Below the pieces are notes generated by a model. It ran no database searches. It saw only the letters and a list, made by a program, of their open reading frames with translations, and had not been told where the DNA came from. A program made the position numbers and the translations under genes. A stretch of DNA of 64,000 bases from Macrostomum hystrix. Lineage: Eukaryota; Animalia; Platyhelminthes. This document shows, piece by piece, positions 11,794 through 22,369 of the stretch (position 1 is the stretch's first letter; every line of letters starts with the position of its first letter). Location: NCBI GenBank assembly GCA_950097015.1, contig CATNEN010000002.1:3782001-3846000 (forward strand), written 5' to 3'.

Positions 11794-13266
11794 GCCGCAA
11801 CTCGTCTAGTCACCAGGTGTTTGACCTAAATTTTTCTAGGCCAAGAACAACAAGCGATGCGGCTTCGCATCACAACTGCTGCCCAGGATACGGAAGCAAG
11901 TAGGTTGCAGAAAACTTTTGCTGCTTTGCTTTGCGAGTTTTTATATACTCACCTTGAGCTCAAATCCCAACCTCAATACTCACCTTGATCTCAAATCCCA
12001 ACCTCAATACTCACCTTGATCTCAAATCCCAACCTCAATACTCACCTTGATCTCAAATCCCAACCTCAATACTCACCTTGAGCTCAAATCCCAACCTCAA
12101 TACTCACCTTGATCTCAAATCCCAACCTCAATACTCACCTTGATCTCAAATCCCAACCTCAATACTCACCTTGAGCTCAAATCCCAACCTCAATACTCAC
12201 CTTGATCTCAAATCCCAACCTCAATACTCACCTTGATCTCAAATCACAACCTCAATACTCACCTTGAGCTCAAATCCCAACCTCAATACTCACCTTGATC
12301 TCAAATCCCAACCTCAATACTCACCTTGAGCTCAAATCCCAACCTCAATACTCACCTTGATCTCAAATCCCAACCTCAATACTCACATTGATCTCAATAC
12401 CAGTCTGGTTTTGGGATTTAGGCCAAATAACCGATTTTGGGATTTGGATATTTGAGCTGATTTTGGCATTAGGAATTAGGAAATATGATTTTGGGATTCC
12501 GGTAGGAAACTGATTCTGGGATTTAGATAGGAAAACTGATTTTGGGATTCAGGTAGGAAAACTAATTTGGGATTTCAAGCATTTCAAATCTCTGATAATC
12601 CCTGTTCTCAGCGCCAGTCGCAATTTCCGGCCGCGGGCTCGCTCCTACGGCAATAAGTTTGGTCGGCCAGCAGCCGGTCCTGACGGCTCTGTGAACGCCG
12701 CAAACAACAGCTGCTGCTGCTGCTGCTGCAGCACCGCTGCCGCCTACTGCGACGCCGCCGCTGCCGCATCGTCTGGCGCGTCGCCTGCTCCATCGCTGGC
12801 TCTGTCCTGCGGCATGAGGCCTCTGTCCGAGTCCACAGCGTCATCGTCTGGCGAGTTGGCCCCGTCCAGCGTGCAGCAGCAGCAGCAGCAGCAGCAGTTG
12901 ATGTCCAGAAGAAATCAACCAGTTGACGATGAGGGCAGCTACGTCACGATGCTGCTCCGTCCGACGAAGAGCTGCCTGAGGCAGAACAGCGACCTGCCCT
13001 GCCAGCAGACGTTGGCGCCGACCCAGGACTTTGACGACAGCGGCGAAATTGACGAAGAATTCGACCCTTACTGGGTGCCTCCCGGACCATTGGATTGTCT
13101 GCTTGATCCTGCTGCTGCTGCTGCTGCCTCCGCCGCCGCCGCCGCTTCACCGTCACCCATCGCAAGCACCGAGGAGCAGCAGCAGCTGACAATGAAAAAA
13201 TCGAGACCGGTGGAAGTACTAGAAGAAGAAGACTATTTCATGATGGACTTGAATTCTGCATCCTAG
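850..13266 (+). CDS. IRS: Insulin receptor substrate (IRS/chico-like; PH + PTB domains, YXXM tail). Exons 850-1197, 2498-2866, 6299-6567, ~6985-7365, 11539-11899, 12612-13266
   Basis: Exons 1-2 encode a PH-like segment (AYIKEVQSKKKRFYVLR...DEDELNRWY-like, cf. IRS1 GYLRKPKSMHKRFFVLR). Exons 2-3 encode an IRS-type PTB (SVTLKNKELA...LPGQYRFCLT...CIRSC...NFFQIHLGRLSPIGEGVLHFE|AEQSSLLKEIIDNLLRCL). The tail has YCLM, YVTM, YFMM, YGN and RPRTTS/RPRARS motifs. GT-AG junctions are phase-compatible except exon 3/4 (see findings). A 5'UTR intron is likely at 453-812, and AATAAA lies at 13426-13431. Confidence 0.9.
1232..2465. repeat. 24-bp minisatellite (tctagaaagtagcgattctcatag), IRS intron 1
   Basis: About 50 near-identical units; source of the SLESSDSH ORF. 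Confidence 0.97.
2930..3365. repeat. 13-14-bp minisatellite (tctaatctc[c]atag), IRS intron 2
   Basis: Direct inspection. Confidence 0.9.
3700..6240. repeat. ~20-21-bp minisatellite (atcccaatcagtcagttgtt variants) with a 771-bp higher-order duplication, IRS intron 2
   Basis: Direct inspection; matching ORF translations recur at +771 (4075/4846, 4196/4967, 4379/5150, 4461/5232). Confidence 0.95.
6650..6935. repeat. 24-bp minisatellite (ctaaaatcaacgattttccctggt), IRS intron 3
   Basis: About 11 units, stop-free in the exon 4 frame (LKSTIFPG/S). Confidence 0.95.
7406..8197. repeat. 35-bp minisatellite (gattggtcatagccctcctcattcctgactgttta), IRS intron 4
   Basis: About 23 almost identical units. 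Confidence 0.97.
8870..9955. repeat. 20-bp minisatellite (aatggacataaaactgacag)
   Basis: About 54 units; a variant block repeats at a 260-bp offset (9221/9481). Confidence 0.97.
10430..10600. repeat. 21-bp minisatellite (ttctcccctaccttccccaag)
   Basis: Direct inspection. Confidence 0.9.
11310..11500. repeat. 23-bp minisatellite (ttgaccttgaaacatgacattca)
   Basis: Direct inspection. Confidence 0.88.
11946..12398. repeat. 31-bp minisatellite (tactcaccttgatctcaaatcccaacctcaa), IRS intron 5
   Basis: About 14 units. Confidence 0.95.
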
Positions 13267-14277
13267 ACAATAGATTCGCTTCTGATTAACAAATTTTTAC
13301 TTGGAAATTAGATAAATTTTGTTACATTTTTTTACATTTTGTCTGGCCTATTCGCTTTCTCTGCCTTTTTTCCTGCTTCGTTTTGCTTGCTTTTTTTGCT
13401 CTCGCTTGCTGCGCCTTTGATCAACAATAAAAACTATGAAAAAGGCGCTTCTAGACTTGGCTGTTGTGGCTTTGATGTGACCTGATTTATTGGCAGTAGA
13501 GAGACCTTAGAGAGCTCGTAAGTTTCACAAAAATTCGTCACATATCGGCTATCTATTTAACTACAAAACATTGGGAATTTCTTAAGACTTATAAAAACCA
13601 ACATTTTTCACTGTATTTCATTCCGTTATTTCGTGTCTTAATTATTTGATAATTGTAAATTCTAAGTAATTAGTCTGTTATCTGGTCTCAGAATATTTTA
13701 TTTGATTTCATCATTCGACTTTGCTGTCTCCTGTTTGTTTGTTTGTTTGTTTGTTTGTTTGTTTGTTTGTTTGTTTAAGAATCGAATTATTAAATTATTA
13801 ATTATTTAAAATACTACTTCTCTTCTTACTTACCCAACTAATTATAGCAGCTAGATTTAAATCATTGAAAACGGCTAGATTTTATTGGTCATTGTTCTGT
13901 GTTCATAATTTAATCTCTGTGTTTCGTACACTATGTATTCTGTCTTTTGTTTGTTTGTCTATATTTAATTCATCGCTTAATAATAATTTCATGTGTTGCT
14001 TGTTGAGAATAATTCTAGTTTTATTTATGATAAATTGTGAATTTAAATAAATCTCCGAAGATAACCGATGTTCTGCTCGAATTAACTAGTACGCGCTGAC
14101 TTGCTAGCTAGCCGATATGTATAGAAAATTGGGTCAGAAACTGGGTAGATAAATTGGGTGATTAACTGGATAAAAAAAAAATAAGAACAATTTTTCTTAA
14201 ATTAGAAACTTAGGCAAAATTAAACCTCGCGTGCCCATGAGAATAATCAGATAGGGGAGTGTTTAGGTTGAAGGAGC

Positions 14278-15360
14278 GATTAGATAGGGCAGAGATTAGA
14301 TAGGGTAGAGATTAGATAGGGTAGAGATTAGATATGGTAGAGATTAGATAGGGTAGAGATTAGATATGGTAGAGATTAGATAGGGTAGTGAAATAACTCT
14401 AGACTGGTGGTATTTAGAACGAAACGTAAACAGTCAGAGCTCCACGCTCCTGAGAACAGCGATATATATTTTATGCGACGGCACGTTGGGTGTAAGGATT
14501 AGGGGGTGATAAAATAGAGCGAACAATGATTTGAAAGTCAGCCAGTTACCCAAACGGCTGCCAGCGTGGTGTACTCAGCGTACGCGCGCTGGCTGCACAT
14601 GGCTGCACCGCACAATGAAATGATATTCAGCCAGTTAACAGACAGCTGCCAGCGCGGTGTACTCAGCGTTGTACTACGCGCTGGCTGCAAGTCACTACAT
14701 AACAGGTAGATATTAGATATGGTAGATATTAGATAGGGTAGAGATTAGATAGTGTAGAGATTAGATAGGGAGAGATTAGATAGGGTAGAGATTAGATAGG
14801 GAGAGATTAGATAGGTTAGAGATTAGATAGGGTGGAGATCAGATAGGGTAGAGATTAGATAGGGTACAGATTAGATAGGGTACAGATTAGATAGGGTACA
14901 GATTAGATAGGGTACAGATTAGATAGTGTAGATATTAGATAGGGTAGAGATTAGATAGGGTAGAGATTAGATAGTGTAGATATTAGATAGGGTAGAGATT
15001 AGATAGGGTAGAGATTAGATAGGGTAGAGATTAGATAGGGTGGAGATCAGATAGGGTAGAGATTAGATAGGGTACAGATTAGATAGGGTACAGATTAGAT
15101 AGGGTACAGATTAGATAGTGTAGATATTAGATAGGGTAGAGATTAGATAGGGTAGAGATTAGATAGTGTAGATATTAGATAGGGTAGAGATTAGATATGG
15201 TAGATATTAGATATGGTAGAGATTAGATAGGGTAGAGATTAGATAGGGTAGAGATCAGATAGGGTAGAGATTAGATAGTGTAGAGATCAGATAGGGTAGA
15301 GATTAGATAGTGTAGAGATTAGACTGGGTAGAGATAAGATAAGGAAGAGATTAGATAGGG
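14278..15360. repeat. 16-bp minisatellite (agattagatagggtag), interrupted by a unique island at ~14386-14704
   Basis: Two blocks, 14278-14385 and 14705-15360. Confidence 0.92.
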
Positions 15361-16304
15361 AATCTGTTCTATGGGGTGCCGAATCCTACTCAAGCGTTGG
15401 ATTTAGCAGCTTTATAAAGTGCAAGTTCTCTGGGCGTGGTCCAGATTTTATCTTGGAATTCGCTGATAATTATTGCCTTTGTGAGATCAGATTTGGTCGA
15501 ATCGTACGTATAGTGTTTTTTTCCTTTTGTATTTTTCTGGATTCTCTGCTAGCAGATTGATATTGCTTGAATGATAATTCATTACATCAATGGATTATAT
15601 AAATCTATTTAGTAAACTCGTCTTCTAGTCTCAGGTTTTTTAAATTTATTTTTATCTTTATTTAAACAAAAGTAGCGTAAATGGCTTAAATTAACAAAAC
15701 ATTTCGTTTGCATCACTGTAAGGCAAGTTACATTATCACAGCGTGAAAACAATGAGAAAATATTGGCTATGTTTAATCACTATCGCATTGTGTACAAAAT
15801 ATCATTGTTCTAGTTTTCATACGTGCACACAGAACTGATCTTGCCTGTACTTTTAACAAATAAAACTAGAATTAATCACTCGCGGAAGATTTTCGATTTG
15901 CTGCTAGCCTAAAAACAGATATTTTGTCATCTATAACAGGCTCATGCTCTACTTTTTATTGTACTTTTGCATTCACAGTCTGCTAGAGTTAATATGCTCA
16001 AAACCTAGACTAAGGCTGGCTTTTTATTGATTTTGTCAAATATAACAATCAGAAATGTTTGTTCTTCTCTGCTGTTTTTTGCCTTTTTTCACACTGTCGT
16101 CTTCTGGTTTTGCTGCATTCTATGTGAGCCTCTGTTTTTAGATGTGTAGGTAGATTTGAGTCTGTTTGAGTAGGCTTAGAATCGAGATTTTTATTTGCTG
16201 CATCCCTGGTTTCTGTTACAGTTTTTATAAATCTTTTTATCCCTATTTTGCTTTGCTGGCATAACATTGGTAGTTATTTTCTCAGGGATAGGAAATACAG
16301 TTAA

Positions 16305-17575
16305 AGTGGATAGAGAATCAGGGTAGAGTGGATAGAGAATCCGGGTAGAGTGGATAGAGAATCCGGGTAGATTGGATAGAGAATAAAAGTAGAGTGGATA
16401 GAGAATCGGTGTAGATTGGATAGAGAATCGGGGTAGAGTGGATAGAGAATCCGGGTAGATTGGATAGAGAATAAAAGTAGAGTGGATAGAGAATCTGTGT
16501 AGATTGGATAGAGAATCCGGGTAGATTGGATAGAGAATAAAAGTAGAGTGGATAGAGAATCTGTGTAGATTAGATAGAGAATCGGTGTAGATTGGATAGA
16601 GAATCCGGGTAGATTGGATAGAGAATAAGAGTAGATTGGATAGAGAATCGGTGTAGATTGGATAGAGAATAAAAGTAGAGTGGATAGAGAATCGGTGTAG
16701 ATTGGACAGAGAATCCGGGTAGATTGGATAGAGAATAAAAGTAGAGTGGATAGAGAATCGGTGTAGATTGGATAGAGAATCGGGGTAGAGTGGATAGAGA
16801 ATCCGGGTAGATTGGATAGAGAATAAAAGTAGAGTGGATAGAGAATCTGTGTAGATTGGATAGAGAAACGGTGTAGATTGGATAGAGAATAAAAGTAGAG
16901 TGGATAGAGAATCGGTGTAGATTGGATAGAGAATCCGGGTAGATTGGATAGAGAATAAAAGTAGAGTGGATAGAGAATCGGTGTAGATTGGATAGAGAAT
17001 CGGGGTAGAGTGGATAGAGAATCGGGGTAGAGTGGATAGAGAATCCGGGTAGATTGGATAGAGAATAAAAGTAGAGTGGATAGAGAATCTGTGTAGATTG
17101 GATAGAGAAACGGTGTAGATTGGATAGAGAATAAAAGTAGAGTGGATAGAGAATCGGTGTAGATTGGATAGAGAATCCGGGTAGATTGGATAGAGAATAA
17201 AAGTAGAGTGGATAGAGAATCGGTGTAGATTGGATAGAGAATCGGGGTAGAGTGGATAGAGAATCCAGGTAGATTGGATAGAGAATCGGTGTAGATTGGA
17301 TAGAGAATCCGGGTACATTGGATAGAGAATAAAAGTAGAGTGGATAGAGAATCGGTGTAGATTGGATAGAGAATCGGTGTAGATTGGATAGCGAATCGGT
17401 GTAGATTGGATAGAGATTCGGTGTAGATTGGATAGTGAATCAGTGTAGAGTGGATAGAGAATCGGTGTAGATTGGATAGAGAATCTGTGTAGATTGGATA
17501 GCGAATCGGTGTAGATTGGATAGAGATTCGGTGTAGATTGGATAGAGAATCAGTGTAGAGTGGATAGAGAATCGA
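16305..17575. repeat. 22-23-bp minisatellite family (gtagattggatagagaatcggt variants)
   Basis: Direct inspection. Confidence 0.95.
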
Positions 17576-18014
17576 AGTACGAGCGTAGAGTAAGGTAGAT
17601 AGTTTAAAGAGTTAATATATATATCCTATATATATATATAATAATATATGGTAAAATGTATATATCATACTTGTAGAATATAGTGCAATGACCCAGACAG
17701 GTGCAGGCACTAGGCGGTTGCTAAGAGGCCTGAGCAGTTAAATCAGTTGCATGTTTACCCAGCGGATCAGGCCGAAAAGTGCAAGAAAGTAGAAAAACAT
17801 TTGCCCGCTTGCTCTTCCCATGTCAGCTTATCTTGAAATAAGATTTCCCTCTTCCTAGCCTTCCCCTTTGAGCTCCCCGCCACACTGTAGGCTGCAGATT
17901 TGAGCACATTTTACAGATTGCGTGTTTGAGCGGTGAGTTTTGAGTTTCTGGGTGTGTCTCTCAGCTCTCTTAGTCTCTGTTCGTGATGATAAGACTGCGA
18001 AATGTGTGTTTGGT

Positions 18015-18028
18015 GTTGCCATGGTTAC
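18015..18028 (-). promoter_or_regulatory. RFX X-box motif (GTAACCATGGCAAC on minus)
   Basis: Matches the GTHNYYATRRNAAC consensus; lies in a non-repetitive island between minisatellites. Confidence 0.45.
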
Positions 18029-18114
18029 CTGAGATTGTTTATCACTAGGCATCCGGCATCTGCTTCTAACCACTCTGCTACCCGGGTTTTCTCCTTGTAT
18101 TCTTTTTATCTACT

Positions 18115-18450
18115 CTTCTGCCATCTCTACTCTCCTCTCCTTCTCTCCTCCTCTCCTCACCTCCTCTCCTTCTCTCCTCCTCCTCTCCTCACCTCCTCCT
18201 CTCCTTCTCTCATCCTCCTCTCCTCTCCTCCTCCTCTCCTCACCTCCTCCTCTCCTCTCCTCCTCCTCTCCTCACCTCCTCCTCTCCTCTCCTCCTCCTC
18301 TTCTCACCTCCTCCTCTCCTCTCCTCTACTCCTCCTCTCCTCTCCTCCTCCTCTCCTCTCCTCTACTCCTCATCTCCTCACCTCCTCCTCTACTCTCCTC
18401 TCCTCCTCCCTCCTCTCCTCTACTCCTCCTCTCCTCATCCTCTCCTCCTC
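18115..18450. repeat. Polypyrimidine (ctcct)n low-complexity tract
   Basis: Direct inspection. Confidence 0.9.
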
Positions 18451-18870
18451 TCGTTCTCTCATAGCCTTTCTCAATAATTCTTACTCTATTATGTTTCCAC
18501 ATCCGACTCGTGCTTGTTCCACAGTTCTAGTACACCGGTACTCTAGTATGTTCAGAAACATTGTATATTTATTTTCATATTCCTACTTTCTGCTACAATC
18601 CAATCTTCCCACAATCAGCATTTGTTCGGTACCAATCAGTTTTTTTATTTCTCACAGCTAAAATTTCTATGCGTGTTTTGGCTTGAATTTCTAGATAACC
18701 GATTCAGTTTTGTCCCCGGAATACATTGCAACATCCGAGCTTCTGATACTCTATGCTTTGCGTGATGAAATATTCATTTTCGGGGCATGACGACAAGGCG
18801 CGTGAAGTACTTCAGCTAGTACACAATGGGGTTGCTTTTGTCTGTGTCCAGGTTTTCTAAGAAACAGATA

Positions 18871-19895
18871 ACTGCCCTTCCTTCCCAGATCCTCAGATTA
18901 ACAAACTGCCCTTCCTTCCCAGATCCTCAGATTAACAAACTGCCCTTCCTTCCCAGATCCTCAGATTAACAAACTGCCCTTCCTTCCCAGATCCTCAGAT
19001 TAACAAACTGCCCTTCCTTCCCAGATCCTCAGATTAACAAACTGCCCTTCCTTCCCAGATCCTCAGATTAACAAACTGCCCTTCCTTCCCAGATCCTCAG
19101 ATTAACAAACTGCCCTTCCTTCCCAGATCCTCAGATTTACAAACTGCCCTTCCTTCCCAGATCCTCAGATTTACAAACTGCCCTTCCTTCCCAGATCCTC
19201 AGATTAACAAACTGCCCTTCCTTCCCAGATCCTCAGATTAACAAACTGCCCTTCCTTCCCAGATCCTCAGATTAACAAACTGCCCTTCCTTCCCAGATCC
19301 TCAGATTAACAAACTGCCCTTCCTTCCCAGATCCTCAGATTAACAAACTGCCCTTCCTTCCCAGATCCTCAGATTAACAAACTGCCCTTCCTTCCCAGAT
19401 CCTCAGATTAACAAACTGCCCTCCCTTCCCAGATCCTCAGATTAACAAACTGCCCTCCCTTCCCAGATCCTCAGATTAACAAACTGCCCTTCCTTCCCAG
19501 ATCCTCAGATTAACAAACTGCCCTCCCTTCCCAGATCCTCAGATTAACAAACTGCCCTTCCTTCCCAGATCCTCAGATTAACAAACTGCCCTTCCTTCCC
19601 AGATCCTCAGATTAACAAACTGCCCTTCATTCCCAGATCCTCAGATTTACAAACTGCCCTCCCTTCCCAGATCCTCAGATTAACAAACTGCCCTTCCTTC
19701 CCAGATCCTCAGATTAACAAACTGCCCTTCCTTCCCAGATCCTCAGATTAACAAACTGCCCTCCCTTCCCAGATCCTCAGATTAACAAACTGCCCTTCCT
19801 TCCCAGATCCTCAGATTAACAAACTGCCCTCCCTTCCCAGATCCTCAGATTTACAAACTGCCCTTCCTTCCCAGATCCTCAGATTAACAAACTGC
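18871..19895. repeat. 34-bp minisatellite (actgcccttccttcccagatcctcagattaacaa)
   Basis: About 30 units. Confidence 0.97.
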
Positions 19896-20299
19896 ACTGC
19901 CCTCCCTTCCCAGATCCTCCTTCAAACTGCACTGGCAATTACAATTATATTTGTGAGTCTGAGTTCAGGGTAGCATTGTATCATTTGTTGTCAACTGTGC
20001 CAGTCACTTGCAATTGATACTGCTCGCGTCACCCGCTGGCGTATCGTCCTTTTAATGCTGGAAAAATATCAAGTGATCACTTGTGCTCTAGCTGCTTGTT
20101 GTTCTGTCCATTAATCGGCACAAGTCTCTTCAACGGTACAAAATCCCTTGATTGTCAATCAGAGTCCTAGAAGTTTTTGGAAGATACTAGTTGCCTGGGA
20201 CAGTGTGAGGTTTAACTGAAGACTCAATATGTTAATGAGACTGAATCAGATTTAAGATTAGAGAGATAGATGGATATTTAAGTGATAGACTATGTGAGA

Positions 20300-20910
20300 T
20301 CTGGTGAGATTAATGAGATATACAGGGTGAGATTTATGAGATAGACGGGGTGAGGTTCATGAGATATACAGGGTGAGATTAACCGGGTGAGATTTATGAG
20401 ATAGACGGGGTGAGATTAATGAGATAGACGGGGTGAGATTAATGAGATATACAGGGTGAGATTTATGAGATAGACGGGGTGAGATTTATGAGATAGACAG
20501 GATGAGATTAATGAGATAGACAGGATGAGATTGATGAGATAGACAGGATGAGATTAATGAGATAGACAGGATGAGATTGATGAGATAGACCGGATGAGAT
20601 TAATAAGATAGACCGGATGAGATTAATGAGATAGACAGGATGAGATTGATGAGATAGACCGGATGAGATTTATGAGATAGACGGGGTGAGATTAATGAGA
20701 TAGACGGGGTGAGATTAATGAGATATACAGGGTGAGATTTATGAGATAGACGGGGTGAGATTTATGAGATAGACTGGATGAGATTAATGAGATAGACAGG
20801 ATGAGATTGATGAGATAGACCGGATGAGATTAATAAGATAGACCGGATGAGATTAATGAGATAGACAGGATGAGATTGATGAGATAGACAGGATGAGATT
20901 TTTGAGATAG
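20300..20910. repeat. 23-bp minisatellite (gagatagacaggatgagattaat variants)
   Basis: Direct inspection. Confidence 0.93.
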
Positions 20911-21349
20911 AGAGGGTCACATTTCTTAAATAGTCTTAGATGTATTAGATAAGCGTGGTCAGGTATGCTTGATGGCAAGTTGTTTACCTCCCAGCGGCAG
21001 TTGAAAAAATATTTTTTTTCTGCGTCTGGTCCTAAAAGTACTTTCTATAGTTGGTCGCTTTTTTGTCGGTTATCTATTTTACGGAGCATTTATGATATTA
21101 CTATCAGTAGGGCTAAGCCATTTTCATCTAGCCACCTACTCATATGTACCATAGAAATCTCACTAAATTTCGGATTACGAGTATTTTAGGACAAATTCTT
21201 ATTGAATGACTAAATTATTTTAGATCTTAGATTTCAGATATTGTAGATCTGGGAGGGCAGATTGAGATTAGTGATCTGAATGGGCTAGGTTTCAATTAGG
21301 GTATTATTGAGAGCTAGATATGGATTAAGGATTTAGTGTTAGATTTGGG

Positions 21350-22335
21350 ACCTGGGATTGGTAGATTAAGAATTAGGATCTGGGATTGGTAGATTAAGAA
21401 TTAGGATCTGGGATTGGTAGATTAAGAATTAGGATCTGGGATTGGTAGATTAAGAATTAGGATCTGGGATTGGTAGATTGAGAATTGGGATCTGGGATTG
21501 GTAGATTGAGAATTGGGATCTGGGATTGGTAGATTAAGAATTAGGATCTGGGATTGGTAGATTGAGAATTAGGATCTGGGATTGGTAGATTAAGAATTAG
21601 GATCTGGGATTGGTAGATTAAGAATTAGGATCTGGGATTGGTAGATTGAGAATTGGGATCTGGGATTGGTAGATTGAGAATTAGGATCTGGGATTGGTAG
21701 ATTAAGAATTGGGATCTGGGATTGGTAGATTGAGAATTGGGATCTGGGATTGGTAGATTGAGAATTAGGACCTGGGATTGGTAGATTAAGAATTAGGATC
21801 TGGAATTGGTAGATTAAGAATTAGGATCTGGGATGGCTAGATTGAGAATTGGGATCTGGGATGGCTAGATTGAGAATTGGGATCTGGGATTGGTAGATTA
21901 AGAATTAGGATCTGGGATTGGTAGATTAAGAATTGGGATCTGGGATTGGTAGATTAAGAATTAGGATCTGGAATTGGTAGATTAAGAATTAGGATCTGGG
22001 ATTGGTAGATTGAGAATTAGGATCTGGGATTGGTAGATTAAGAATTAGGATCTGGGATTGGTAGATTAAGAATTAGGATCTGGGATTGGTAGATTGAGAA
22101 TTGGGATCTGGGATTGGTAGATTAAGAATTAGGATCTGGGATTGGTAGATTAAGAATTGGGATCTGGGATTGGTAGATTAAGAATTGGGATCTGGGATTG
22201 GTAGATTGAGAATTGGGATCTGGGATTGGTAGATTAAGAATTAGGATCTGGAATTGGTAGATTAAGAATTGGGATCTGGGATTGTTAGATTAAGAATTAG
22301 GATCTGGGATGGCTAGATTGAGATTTAGGATCTAA
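21350..22335. repeat. 28-bp minisatellite (gggattggtagattaagaattaggatct)
   Basis: About 35 units ending just before the PHF20 Tudor exon. Confidence 0.96.
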
Positions 22336-22369
22336 GTGAAGCTGAGATCTGAGACTGGACTATGAGGCC

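Noticed and set aside
7406-19895. 35- and 34-bp regular repeats could be mistaken for CRISPR arrays
   Set aside because: Units are head-to-tail with no unique spacers, there are no cas genes, and the context is eukaryotic.
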